Shown here: piece after piece, positions 40,221 through 56,673 of the stretch
Numbering within the stretch: position 1 is the first letter of the stretch
How the letters are laid out: every line of letters begins with the position of its first letter
Origin: Vicugna vicugna
Taxonomy: Eukaryota
DNA: 64,000 nt
Assembly: GCA_013265495.1 (NCBI GenBank)
Contig: MU058531.1
Span: 2,232,911-2,296,910, forward strand
Direction: 5' to 3'
The notes under the pieces: model-generated
What the model saw: the letters and a program-made list of their open reading frames with translations, nothing else
Databases searched by the model: none
What the model was told of the DNA's origin: nothing
Made by a program: the position numbers and the translations under genes

Positions 40221-40812
40221 AGAAACAACTTGAGACTGATAGATTTCTGATGTGATTGAATTGGTAGAAAATTTGACTGAGAGGCTATAGGAAAAATTAG
40301 GGAAATAAGGAAAACTAGTGAAACAAAATTGGGCAGTTATTAACTTTAGGATAGACAAAACGTAAAGGGAACATAATCTCACTAGATTGAAATACTTAGC
40401 TATGAATAGGCATATAGCCTAAATACAGGTCTTTGATTTGGCAAAAATTGTAATACTGGGTGTATGGGGAAGGGAAAGCAGAGGGGAGGGTTAAATTGGA
40501 GAACTAAATCCTCATCTTCCATCAGAGGAAATCAATAAATAAAGTCTAAAATTGGTTAATCAAAAGGTAACAGTATATACCAATTCTTTACAAAAATGTA
40601 AATGTGTAAATGCTAGAAAAAATAGCCAAAGTAAGTTGAAATACAAGTAGTTATTTCTGGAGTGAAGGTCTGGAAGGATTGGGGTGAAATAAGGCAAGGA
40701 AATACCCTTTTTTTGGTTGTTGTTATAAGCCCTTTGGAACTATTTAACTATTTAAGTGATGTCCATGTTTTACCTTAAGAAAAATAAAATTCAATTAAAA
40801 ATAATTGGGGGT

Positions 40813-40902
40813 GGGGTTGGGTGTAGCTCAGTGATAGAGCACATGCTTATTATGCATGAGGTCCTCGGCTCAATTCCCAGTACCTCTGCCAAAAAAAAAA
40901 AA
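40813..40902 (+). mobile_element. tRNA-derived SINE, Vic-1-like
   Basis: tgtagctcagtgatagagcacatgctt...atgcatgaggtcct...cccagtacctc + A-tail. Confidence 0.85.
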
Positions 40903-41799
40903 TTTTTTTTTTATTTATAGAAGAAATATACACACTCTTAAGAGAGAAAATGCCAGGTCAAACACATGGCCAATGATACTGCATTGGTAGAATTTAGGTT
41001 AACTATTCTTAAAGTATTAAAAATAATTTCTAAACAGGGTAGACTTTCAAGAGAGAAGTGTTGATTAGCTTGAGTCATCTGAGCTCTATAGAGGCAGTGT
41101 TAAAGAACATGTCAGTGACAGCCGCTTGCTTACTATGACAAAACTCTTACCAATGTCCACAAGACCCTGGCCATCTCTATTAGATTTAGTCTTGAGGGCA
41201 AGAACTACAATCTAGCCTATTTCTATACTCCTTGGCCCATAATAAGCAACTCAATAAAAGTATGATGAAAATGGGGTGCAGGTACACTGAGAACAAGAAA
41301 AAATTGGGTGAGGGAGATAGCAGTTACCAACTTGGGATTTGGAATTAGAAAGAATTGAGTTCCTTCTCTGTTATTTGTTAGCTGTATGACTACAGAAAAT
41401 ATATTAACTTGGCCTGTTTATTCATAAAACAGTGAGAAATACTAGTTTATACTTCAAAGAGTTGTTCTGAAGATTAAATGAGATGGTGCATGTGAAGACT
41501 TTTAAAGAATCTGGCCTTTTACAGAGTTACATGGTATCCCTAGATGAATGGTAACTATAACTATTACCGAATGGATACTCTTGAATTTCTGGCATCAACC
41601 CAAATGACTGCTAATGTAAATATTGTTGAGATATTTACTCATGAGAAAGAAAAGGAAAAGAAATTAACTTTTTTTTGCCTATTATGTGTCAGGTACTTTA
41701 TACATGTTATTATTTTAATCTTCATAATAATAGTAATCATTATTATCTCCATTTTACAGATAAGAAGACCAAGGTTGAAACAGGTTAAATAATTTCATT

Positions 41800-43300
41800 C
41801 AAGTACTCAAATATTTACTTAGTGACTACTTTGTGTAAGGCTCTGTTCAAGATACTGGGAAAACAACATTGAACAAAACAATCACAGTCCCTGATGAACT
41901 TACGTTCTAGCAAGGTAGATAGATAACACACTGACAATGCAATTGTAGGTTGTAGTAAGTGTTATGAAGGAAATAAATAGGGTCTTGAGACAGAAAATTA
42001 TAGGAGGAATATGCTTTAGATAGGATGGCCAAGAAAGTCCTTTTTAAAGAGAAAGTTGAGCTGAGATCTGAAGGATGAGAATGAGTAAGCCATGCAAAGA
42101 GCCAAGCTAGAGAGTTGTAGGGAGATTGTACAGCAAACACAAAGGGCTGGCTGCAGGAAAGAGCTTAGAAGCTCTGGGGCAAGGTAGTCAGCTGTGTGGA
42201 TAGTGGCTGGAGTTGTTTCTGTAGGTCAAGGCATTTACAGTGTTGGGGCCTAAAATAGGGTAACCCCCAAATGTGCCTCAAGGGCATATTAATTATTATG
42301 AGTTAAAGTTACATAAGAAATGCCCAATGCCAGAGGGACACTTTGACCCTCCTGACTCCCTGAGAGCAGGAAATAAATCACTCATGTGAAAGGTGCATGC
42401 TCTGCAACTGGAGGTAAAAGGACATTCTTATGGACAGAGATATGGAATTCAGGGAAGAAGCCTATATAAACAATCCTCGTTTCTTCTTTAATTTGCTTCC
42501 CTAAGACTAAACTCTGTTTAGATTCTTTACTAATTGAGTACCCCCAAACTAAGTTTCTTTGTCCCATCAACTTTTCACAAGTTTATTGTTTGTCTAAAAA
42601 TTATAAAAGCTGCCTTCTTTGGTCACTTCCTAAGTACCATTTCTACGAGACCTCCTTGTACTTGAATTAAAATTAGCCCCCCCCCTTAATAATCTGTCTT
42701 GTGTCAATTTTATTACTGTCCAGCAACACGAACTCAACTTGGGTAAAGGGAGAAAAATCTCCCCTTACTGACAAGAGCCTTACAGGACTCTGTAAAGAGT
42801 ATGGATTTTATTCTAAGTACAATGAGAAGCTAATGTAAGGTTTAAAAATTAGGGGAAGGGCATGATCTGTTTCATCTTTTAAATGAACCTTCCCTTTGCT
42901 GAGTGAATGCAGTGCAAGAAGGGAAAAGAGCAGAAGTAAGGAGACCTGTTAAGGAGGTTTGTTAATGGTAGTTATCCAGGGAAGAGATAAAAGAGACTTG
43001 GACTTAAAAGAGTGCTGGGCAGGGGTGATAAAAGTAAAAGGACTGCATTGGACACGGAGGGCAAAGGAATCAAAGGTCTGGTTAGTACCACGTGCCTAAA
43101 TGCTAAAGATCAGAGTGAAGCTAAGCGGGGTACAGTTTCGTTTTGCATAGGTCCATTGTGAGATGCTGGTGAGCCATCTAAGAGGAGATATCAGTAGGCC
43201 CCTGGCTATGCAGAATGGAAATGACTATCCATCTAAGCTGTAGTTATAGGCGTTTCCTTGGAGGAGCGTAGGAGAGTAGTAAGCGGGGGAACGCTAAAGA
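41800..43300. mobile_element. L2 LINE remnant interrupted by an LTR
   Basis: tgagctgagatctgaaggatgagaa, tggattttattctaagtacaatgagaag. Confidence 0.65.
42241..42773 (+). mobile_element. ERV1 solo LTR (MER34-like)
   Basis: tgttggggcc...cccccaaatgtgcctcaagggcatattaattattatgag ... tgaca; near-TSD ACAG/AGAG. Confidence 0.7.
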
Positions 43301-44099
43301 GGCTTGAGAGCTTTCCACTCCAACTGGCCATCACTTAGGAAACTAAAACGACATCCAGGTTCCCACAGGCTAAGTGGGGTCCAGAAACACAGCTCCCAGA
43401 GCCGACTACAGCACAGGCTCAAGATCCCGTATTTTCTTTACCCAGGACCCACACCTAAGAGATCGAGTCACTCCAAGAATGTCCAAAACACCCATCGTAC
43501 CCCTACGGAAAGCCGGAGGTCACTCAGCACGAGAGAGTCCCAAGGAGCGCTGCCTGCTGGGATTTGTAGGCTGAAGGCTGCAGGCGTTGGCGCAACCTCC
43601 TCGTTGGCGCAGCCTGCTGGATGCTGTGCCACGTAGATGGGGAAGGGAAGCGCGCCCTAAGCCTGCATCAGCCATTGCGGGATGTTGTCCGAAAACACAG
43701 ATCCGATCTTGCTTGCTTGTTTTGGCGATGGCGATGGCGATTCCTCATCAGTTAAAGGATAAAGTCATAGTTCTGTTGGTTCCTGTGGGAGCCTTAACGC
43801 TTCCTAATTATCCTTTATGACCATTCTGAACGCTGCCTCCGTGAAAAGGGGCTTGCTGTGGATCTCTCCCTTCCGTGCTTCCCTGGGACTCTTACAATTT
43901 CTCTAGTAATAACTACAATCACGGCTGGCCTTCCTGAGCGCTTACTGTTCTACTCCAAGCTATTTACCCGCACTAGCTCATAAATTCTCACACAAGTCTC
44001 TGAGACGGCTGCTATTTAATTTCCATTTCACAGATGAGGAAATTATAGTTTAGAGACGATATGTAATTTGAGCGAGGCCACGGAGAAATGCGATACCTT

Positions 44100-44650
<551 letters not shown>

Positions 44651-46199
44651 GAGGGGTTTTGTTTGCAGTTTCTGAAGGGACCAGACCTTCCTGTTCAGTA
44701 GTTTCCTGCGTTCTGTTCAATAAAATGACACCAGGTTGCTGTGACGAGTAAATTAGTGTTGCTGCTGCTGTTGTTTCAGAAGAAAGGATAGCTGTATCTG
44801 AGTTTGTAGTTTAAACTGCTGTTGCGGAAAATCTGATCGCCGTTCGTCAGTGAAAAGTGCGTTCTTTTTTAAAAAACTGTCGACAAAGATTTAGGTGTCA
44901 CTTTTATATGCCACTTCTTGCAGTTGGTCAGTTTAGAAATAAGACTGCACACCTGCTTTGCAGATGTTTTGGCACTTATGTTGGGATTACCATCCTCTCC
45001 ATCACCTCTAAAAACGTGATCAGAGAAAACCAGTTCTCTTTATTCCAGATGCAATAGTTTTTGAATTCTTGCTAAACAAGTAAACAGCATTGTATTTAAA
45101 ATTAAAAAATTAAGTTGTAGAGTGAGTTTATGTTTTTAAAAGATCAAGGAGACAACTTAAGTTGTGCCACACTAGGTCTTCCCTTGACCAAAGGAGACAA
45201 CTTTTTCCCAGTGGGTGGGTGAAAAAGGGAACTTTTCCCTTAATCAGAGGAGACAGTTTTCCCCGATTGCTTTTCATATCACTTACAAATTTTAAAATGA
45301 GCTAGGAGAGAAAGAACATCCTTCTATAATCTATTGCTTAATCAGAGATTGATTTATTCTGCTTTTTAGAGGCCCTGCACAGTTTACAGATGTATGTTTT
45401 GTGTCTTTTTTGTTGCTGTCGTTTCAAAAACTCTACCAACTAGCAGCAATTTTTCTGTAAAGCCAAAACGTATTGAAAAGTTAAAAGGTTATTTTAAAAG
45501 TATATCGACAAACTTTCTTCAGTTATTGCCTACATAGCTTTGGTGACTTGACTTGTAGGTATCAAAGATAATAGCTAGTTTTCTAAACTAGGTGCCAGGG
45601 AGGAAATCTGGTGGTAACTTCAAGTCTAGCCAATTACTAGCTGCATTCTGGGGCTTCTACTAATAGTTACTTGAAGACTTTAAAAAAAAAAAAACAAACC
45701 AAAAAACCAGCCCATATTACAAATGCAAATTCTTAGATGATCTTGACTGTTTAGTAAAGTCAGGCAGTGTTACCTTTTATGTGTGGCTTTATTTTCTTTA
45801 ATTTCATTTTTATTGTTAGTTACAAATATGTCAGATCTATAAAAAGTTATAAAGAACAGTGTAACAGACATCCGTGTATCCATCACCCAGGTTAGAAACA
45901 GAACAGTCATTTTTGCTGGAGTTCCAGAGTATCCCTCCCAATCCCTTTCCTCTCCCCCAAGAGTTAAACATTATCCTAAACTTCATGTTTATTATTCTCA
46001 TACATTTAAAGCCTTAACTTAAGAGAGATTTCTTTTATTTTATCACTAATGAAAAGTGCTTGGGTTGTGTCTGATATTTACAATAATTTCAGTTTAAAGA
46101 GATGTTTTTCTTTTCAGTTTAGCCTTTTCTTTTTCTAATAGCCTTCCTAGTGCAAATATGTCCTTAAGCTTTAGTAAATAAAAAACTTATGAGGCCCTT

Positions 46200-46330
46200 G
46201 CGGGTTGTCAAACCTTTTCTGTAAAGGGCCCAGATATAAATATTTTAGGCTTTGCAGGTCACATGTGGTCTTTGTCACATACTCTTGTATGATTTTTTTT
46301 TTCTTCCGGTTTTAAACTTTTAATTGGCAC
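46200..46330. mobile_element. MER58-like hAT remnant
   Basis: caaaccttttctgtaaagggcccagatataaatattttaggctttgcaggtcac. Confidence 0.75.
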
Positions 46331-48119
46331 AGTCTATTGTAGCCTAAGAGATCAGCAAGATTTCTGGAGTGGTGACTGCATTACTTAATTACAATAAAAA
46401 CAATCTTTACGATGTTCTTTCCTTGTACAATAACTATATGAATATTTATGGAATGAATGAATTTAACACTTCATTGGACAAGTTTTTTTTTTAAATTCTT
46501 AATCTTCCTTCCTTCACCATTCTGGTTGTTTGATTTTTAATGTAACTGTGGTTGGGCCAATAAATTGATGGATTTGTTAGTATCAGCAGAAATCTTGTAA
46601 TTTCTGGTTAGAAAAGTCGGGATAGGAAAATAGTGCCTTGGCAGTACTCTATTGCAGTACAAACAGTCCCTAGAGTTCCTCTCTGGGAGCTTTGATAACT
46701 TGTAGGAATGGGTGATTTGTGTGAATTTCTACTCCTCTGTCCTGACAGCTTGAATAGTATTCATTTAGTTATTTAATCACACATGCAGGCAAGAGATTAG
46801 ACCAATTAGAAAAGCTTTAACCACATGAGAGCATTTCATTCCACTTGATACTTTTGGCCTACCTCAGTAAGCTGGTTTTGACTTAATTTTGTTGAACTTT
46901 TAATAATACTGCATCCTGTGAGTCATGTGCACTTGGTAGGTTTCAGTACATATGACAAATGACAGCTTCTGACCAAACATGCTAGGGATGGAGCATACCA
47001 GAGGACACTGAGGTATCCGTCTTAAAATAAATAGCAACTTGGTCCCTCTGGTGATGAGAGGAAAGAATTTCCTGTAACAATATGTGATAATAAGTGGGAA
47101 AAAAGAACTCAAGTCAAGAGTACGCCTCTCCCTTTGGCCCAGATGTGTCATACATCAGTATCTTATGGATGCTACTCTGTGGACTGTGGTTCTTTTTAGC
47201 TCTCCCATCATTCCTCTTAGGATGACATTTATTAGACAGTGTAGTTTAACAGATATGTGAGTGCCTGCTGTCTGCTAAGCATAGTAATACACACAGGAAA
47301 CAGTAAATTAAACAGGATTTCTTTCCCTACACTGTGAGGTTGGTACTTACCAACCTTAATTTTCAAATGAGGAGACAGGCACAAAGGGCTATGTTGCCAA
47401 ACAGACTGGATCAAGAGTCCTCATTCTACTGAGATCCCAAAGGAGGCGTTTAGCTTAGATTACTTCCTCAGGGAGCCTGTCCCATCACCCATGCCTCCCC
47501 TATCCTGCCCTGTCCCAATCAAGACTACATTAAAGTTTTGCTGTATGTTCTTACAGCACCTTTTATTTACCTGTTCTAAACATCATCTTTCTTACAATCA
47601 CTTTTTTTTTGTCTGTTCTCCACCAGACCTCACAGTGTTGTGAGGACACACCGAGTTAACACACGTGAAGCACTGGGAACAGTGAGTACTTGGCACATAG
47701 TTAGTACTCAATGTATTAGTCATTATTTTTACCTATTTTTTATTTTGTGCCAGTTATCCATTGGCAGGTTAGTATTTTGAATGCAAATTTGGCATGTTCT
47801 TTCTGCTACATCATAACCTAACTTGACCAGATTCTAAGAACAGTGGAAATTGAATTCTGGAAAATAAGTTTGGCATTTTTTACAAGTTAATTCTGTTAGC
47901 ATTCACTCCAAGAAATGGTCAGAATTTTACATATCTTTTAAAACTTTGAAAAAAAAGCCTAATTTCTGGGATTTGAAACCCTTACAGTTCTGTCTGCTAG
48001 CAGTATCATTTAGTCCCCATTTAGTCCCCATCCCAACAGTGTAGTTAAAACTTCAGATTGTTCTAGTCTGAGGTATTTACAAAAATGTCATCAGTAACCT
48101 GATAACTAAGAGTTCTTGA

Positions 48120-48290
<171 letters not shown>

Positions 48291-48505
48291 TAAAATATTG
48301 CTACTTCGTTATTCACTAATTTTAAGTTATCCTACTGTACCTATTTTCTCTAGGTTCTAGTGTACAATTACAAACTTCAGTTGATTCTTTAAGTTGTCAA
48401 ATGGTTTCTAGTGGGCTGAATAAGTTCAGACATTAGAAACAAAGTTATTAAAGTAATTCTTAAGATTTTTTTTTTGAAGAAATGCCTTTTTTTCCCCCGG
48501 TATAG

Positions 48506-48604
<99 letters not shown>

Positions 48605-48634
48605 TGAGTGAAACACTATTTTTCAAATTGATGA

Positions 48635-48820
<186 letters not shown>

Positions 48821-49873
48821 TGACTAAACCTTGGTAAAAGGCCTCTGTCTTGAAATGGGGAAGATCAGAGTACATATGTCAAACGTAAATTTAGGATAAA
48901 CTATTAAAGTATATAGTATGGCTCCTGTTTAAGAAACACACAGTCTTACTGGGAGAGACAGGACCAATACATACGGCACAGTTAAGTGATAAGAGAAGGA
49001 TCTGTTTGGGACAGAATAGTTGGAGCAGCATATTGTGGGAAAGTGGAATGTGAGTAGGGCTTGAAGGGGAAGACTTTGCAATGAGGGAACGAGTCTCATA
49101 AAGTTAGCACAGCCAGGAGGCCATATGTTACTTTGTTAATGATGACTTTGAGTGTTCAAGAAATTAAGATCACCTTATTGTTGAATATAATAGAAAGCAT
49201 ATAGTACATTTCACAAAAATTTCTGTCAAATGTGTTTAAATTTAAATTAGTTTAATGACTAAGTTAATTTTAAAAATTATTAACATTTAGGTAGATTTAT
49301 TTTTAGTGGTTACATACTTTGGGCATTAACTTTATGTGTGAATAATAAAGTTATGGAATTATAATCATAGGGGATTTGGAATAGGCTTAAAGCACAGTAT
49401 CAAAATTTAGAGAGTCGTAACAGTTTTGTTAAGGATACTTAGAAATTTGAGAAACAACTTTGTCTTATGTCAGAATTAGAGAATATACTGTTAGATGGGG
49501 GCCACTTTTCTGATTAAAATGATGGTATTATGTTCTTAAGAGAAAAGATGAAAAGAATTATCGAACGTGGCTTTATAAGTAGCTTGGTTCAATTGGTTTC
49601 TGTGTAATGCTCAGGCATGAAGTGGCTGGCAGCAATGACAGATTTGTGGAAGGTGTGAAGAAGAATAATTACTATTGAGCAGAAGGTTGTAAATGGCTTG
49701 TAACTGACTTGGCTTCTCTAACAGGTTCTGGGTTTTTTTCCTTCTTGTTCTTTTTAACTTGTTTTTATATACTTACATTTAAATATACTGTAAAGGAAGC
49801 CCTTGTTATATGTGTTTTAACTACTGCAGTAAATGGCATTCTTCCTTTATTTAAGTCCTTAGTAATATTATAA

Positions 49874-50110
<237 letters not shown>

Positions 50111-50166
50111 TGATGCTTTGAGAAATATTTATATATGTGTGTCTATAAATTTATAGAAGTCTATAA

Positions 50167-50349
<183 letters not shown>

Positions 50350-52474
50350 TGAGAAAGCCATGGTCTCCCCTGCTGTTGCATTTCCTTTTTAAGAAGAATT
50401 ACGAACTTGGGGAATCAAATTGGGGTGAGTCAAGGTGTGTGAGTCACACATCTAGACTGTATGCTGGATTACCTGCCTTAGTAATTGGCTTGAGATTTAT
50501 AGGGAGAGCACCAGTACTGAGAGAATGTTGAAAGGAGAACAAAGTTGAACTAGAACAGAAGTATGAAGTCTTTTTAAGCAGAAGATTTCTATTCCCAAGT
50601 GAAATTATACATGGGAGCTCCAATTAAAATGTGGCTGCCATAGTTGATTTGGCAGTGGGATGCTCAGAGGCTTACCTCCTCAGCTGTAGGAAGGTTTTCC
50701 CTGAGCACTTTTCTGGAGCACCTACTTAGCACACAGTAAACCCCTAATTTGAATAAGGATTAGAAGAAAATCGAACGACTTTATTTTTTAATGTAGGAAA
50801 ACAAATGGTCAGTGACACTGGTTTTCACGAGGAGAAAGGGGCATAATTGATAGCATCCCCTATAGGATGAATCCCAAACTCTCCAAATGCAGTTTGCCAA
50901 GTCAGAGGTGATTTTTTTTTTTTTCTGTTGGTCTTTGAAGGAAGCATCAGAGTGTAATTGAAAGAGCTATGGATTAAGAGTTAGATATTTGTGTTTAGTT
51001 CCAGTTCTGCAGTTAACTAAATATGCTACTTCAGGTAAATAGTTGAACTTATCTGAATACCATTTTCTCTGAGCTACAAAATGATTTTTAGGGCTAGATC
51101 TCATTTCTTTGCTCTTATAATTGGACACTTCTACAATATGCTATAACAATTATAATTGCAACTCTATAAAAATATGCATGTCATTAAGATCATGGAATTA
51201 TGGGTGATTTTATAATTAAATTTTCCTGTAATAGCTTTCCACTTTATTAAAAATTAAGTTATAAACAAATCATAGAATGAAATTTCCATTTTATTAACTG
51301 ATTGGTTTGTACCTTTACTTAGAATTCAGAAGAATGAACTTAAGACTAGACTTCTTTAAATATTTTTTTCTGAAATATATAAAATTCCTATTCTGTAAAT
51401 TTGTATAACTTAGGATTCCTTTTTTTTGTAGGTAGACTGGAGTAAATATCTCTTCTTATGAATGTATGTGATAAAGAAAAGGAGAATGTAATTCAGTTTT
51501 CCAAAATCAGAGTTGACTGTTATGCTTAATTGCATTAATTCCATAATCTTGAATAAGGCATGGGCAAATAGTGGTAGGAATACATAATATGCATATTATA
51601 ATTCAGATCTATAGTTTATATTCTTCCTTGTGTCCTTCCTCTTTTCTGTAATATAAAATAATTTGAATAATTTTGTAAAAACAATACTTAATGTAAAAAT
51701 TTCTAAGTAATGTGGAAAGTACAAATGAGGAAATTAAAAATTACTGTATTCCCTACCAACCATCAATGACATTAACAAACATAATGATGTTCATCAAATG
51801 TCATTGATACAGAAAGGAATAATGCCCTTTTTTTTGATTGGAATGATGTCTTTTGTTGTCTGTATACTTTTTGTATCTCTTAGATGCAAGCTGAATGTCA
51901 GTATATAGCAAAAGATAGATTTTATAAAAGTTTATAGTATAGTAATGATTATCGTGTAGTGTTTCTAAAAATACCGCTGTTTACAATTTCTGCTGTTCAG
52001 AGGAAGGGACTACTTATTTCTGATGGTGTTCTGAAAGCAGAGCAGTGTGCTTTTAGAACAGCTAACATTGAGGGAGAGTAATCTGATGGCTTGCCTGGTG
52101 CTGTCTGAATTTATGGTAAAGACATATTTCAAGTGGTTCTTGTATAAATAGGAAGATCAATTGCAAGCCTTCCCCTCTGACACACTAGTAGGGCAGCTGT
52201 CCAAACCCCATCCCACATCCAGCTTTCAGAGGTGCCTGAGGATTCTAATTCCTAAGGCTTTTAGTCTGTTTTCAGGTAGCTTCTTATTGGGGTCTCCTTT
52301 GCAGGCAGCAGTTACAAGAAAGCAAAAACCTAGCATTTTTCTATCTATATGTTGTCTTCTAAAATCTTACGGCTATCCTCTGATAACTATCTTTCTCTAC
52401 CCTGGTGGATTTAGATCTTTCTTTGCTGTTTTCAGTATTTTATAGAATGCAAATAATGTTTTGCATTTTAATGA

Positions 52475-53340
<866 letters not shown>

Positions 53341-53521
53341 CTGTTTAATTCTTTATCACCTCATAGAACAGCTTGAAAATTTGCACTTCTGGACAGTATT
53401 TTTGTAGTCGCAGGGTTATTAGCTCTGTAGGGGTTGTTAATTATAGAAAAATTACCTTACTAGCTATTTAATATATTCTGTATAATATGGGAATGGAAGT
53501 CTTCTAGTCCACATCCGATAG

Positions 53522-53860
<339 letters not shown>

Positions 53861-54269
53861 TAAAAGTTCATCGGTTGGCTTCATTCATTCTCTTCTACAG
53901 TAAAAAGGATCTGGACATTGCGTATTGACACACAGAGAAGGACACCACTATTTTTCTCCTTTCTGGCAGTTTTTGATCTTAAAAAGCTAGTTACTTAATA
54001 GCTTTTTCCACATAGTCTTCAAAGAAAATTGCTGTGGTCATTAGCAGTGGATGGTTTAATTGAAAACTTAGAAATGGGTTAAGTGAATGCTAGTGTTACA
54101 GAGGCTGCTTAGAGAGCCCTGAAGATGGGGTCGGAGGTGTGGATATAAGTAGGAAAACCCAGAGAAGCAACAAAGATGGTAAAGTCTACACTTATTTTAT
54201 TGGATTATCTGCTTTAAATGGAATTAGGAAAGCTTTTATAAGGTCTGTAACTCTCCTTTCATTTTTAAA

Positions 54270-54630
54270 AATATCTTTACTGAGTATAATTCAGTGATTT
54301 TACTATAGCTGTACAACTGTCATCAAAATCTAAACATTTTTATCACTCCAAGAAGAAACCCTGTTAGCAATCACCCCCATCTGCCCCTACTTCCAGCCCT
54401 AGGTCACTACTAATCTACTTTTTTTTTAATCTATAGATTTGCCTATTCTGGACATTTCATATAAATGGAATGATACATTAAGTGTTCTTTTGTGACTGGC
54501 TTCTTGCATTTAGCATAATGTTTTCAGTGTTCATGTTATGGCAGTTATCAAAACTTCATTCCTCTTTGTGAATAAATGATATTCCATTGTATGGGTATAG
54601 GACATTTTGTTTATTCATCAGTTGATGAAA
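54270..54630 (-). mobile_element. L1MB-like 3' fragment
   Basis: ctatagatttgcctattctggacatttcatataaatggaat. Confidence 0.8.
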
Positions 54631-54664
54631 TTCGTTGAGTTTTAAGACTAAAGTAAAAATTTAT

Positions 54665-54760
54665 GGGGGGAGGGCATAGCTCAAGCAGTAGAGTGGCATG
54701 CTTAGCATGCACAAGGTCCTGGGTTCAATCCCCATACCTCCTCTAAAAATAAATAAACCT
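54665..54760 (+). mobile_element. tRNA-derived SINE, Vic-1-like
   Basis: gggagggcatagctcaagcagtagag...catgcttagcatgcacaaggtcctgggttcaatcccc. Confidence 0.88.
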
Positions 54761-55005
54761 TATGAAAAAAAATGTATTAGACCAAATTATCATACAGTTA
54801 AAGACCCTGAGTATTGAAGAGTAAGAAAAGAAGAATGTTTTGAACAATCTTCCTTTTTAAAGATTGGATATAGTAGTATTAGTGGGTAGGTTTTTAGATT
54901 AGACATAACCATAAATTTTTACTTATAAGTTATTGTAGAGTACATTTTAGGTTACAGAATTACATTATTCCTGTAATATCCTTAGTAATTAGCCTTTTCT
55001 TTTAA

Positions 55006-55170
<165 letters not shown>

Positions 55171-55540
55171 TAAAGAATTGTCAAAAAGGTTTATTAAATT
55201 GCCTATGGTAAGGCTTTTCATCTAATGATTTAGACTAAATACCCTGTATGTTAAAATATATGTTCTAATGCTAGTATGTTGATTGGAGGTTGTGTTTTTT
55301 CTTCAGAAACGCATAGTTTTATAATGAGTATATTTAAAGGGGCTTTGAAAGTTGTTGAGAGACTTTGTTCTAAACAGATAAATAGTGAATGAAAAGTGTG
55401 GTTATGACTTTTTATCACAATTTTTTATGCTTTAAAAAACATAAGGGCCAACTTTGTCTTATTTATTATACATCCTCCCCAAACTGAATGGAAAAAAAAA
55501 AGTTAAGTGCTAAATTGACATCTACAACATTCTTGTATAG

Positions 55541-55630
<90 letters not shown>

Positions 55631-56522
55631 TAAGCCCTTGGCTGTGGAAATTAATTTCCAAGAATAAGCATTTTCTGATAATAGGCTATTTGAAATGCCT
55701 CCTATAGATGCTTCTTTTTGTTTTGACGTTAAGTAGTTATTCAAACAGTTAAATTTTTTAATATAATTTTTTATTTTTAAATAATGATACAATCACGTGA
55801 GTTGCAAGAGGAGTACCAAGGTCCTATGTATTTTTCACCCAGTTTCCCACATTGTTCACCTTTTAAGTAACTTTTTGTACAGTATCAAATTGACATTGGT
55901 ATAATGTATGTGTATAATTCTAAGGCATTTTATCTCTTTTATAGATTCTTTGTAGTTCTGCAGTTAAGATACAGAACCATCCTGTCATTACAAAGATCTT
56001 CCTCTTGCTACCCTCTCTAGTCATATTCACTCTTCTTCCCCAATGATCCCTAACCCCTGACAGCCACTAATCTGTTCACTTTTTAACCCTGGAATAGTCT
56101 GCTCCAAGGAAAGCTTCTAGTAAGGCTTTATGTAGAAGCAACAACAGTAATAACAGACGCAGAAGGCAAGTGGGATGCTAAGGATTATAACTTGACAATT
56201 CCTGATTGCATTTATCCTTCAAGGTATTAAGGAGGGTGACTTTCACAGGGCATTTTTTAAATTAATAATGTTAAAAGTTATTTACAGCTAACTGATAATA
56301 GCCAAGATCATTTTAGTATAATCTTAGATATTACACTTATATGATCATTCTAATTTTATACAAATCATTTAATAAACTCATTTTTCCCATTATTTTCAGT
56401 TATCATAATGTGCTATATCCTGATTGTTGTTCATATATTAACAAATGCTCAAATTTGTATTGTGTATCACAGGGTATTAAACAATAATTCTCCATTTATT
56501 CTTCTTATGTGACGTTAGGTTT

Positions 56523-56673
56523 CTGTTTTTTGAGTTTTGTTATGGGGAGGGGGAGATAATTAGGTTTATTTATTTATTTATTTATTTATTTTTAGAGGAG
56601 GTGCTGGGGATTGAACCCAGGACCTCATGCATGCTAAGCATGTCCTCTACCACTTAGCTATATCCTCCCTCTC
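56523..56673 (-). mobile_element. tRNA-derived SINE, Vic-1-like, with (TTTA)n
   Basis: ggggattgaacccaggacctcatgcatgctaagcatg; degenerate TSD tgtgacgttaggttt/tgtgactttagtttt. Confidence 0.88.

Noticed and set aside
48007..48031. Tandem duplication of catttagtccc
   Set aside because: Ordinary slippage duplication, over 100 bp from the exon 2 acceptor
54665..54740. tRNA-Ala-like sequences here and at the four other SINE loci as tRNA genes
   Set aside because: Diverged stems, A-rich tails and, in two copies, TSDs indicate SINEs
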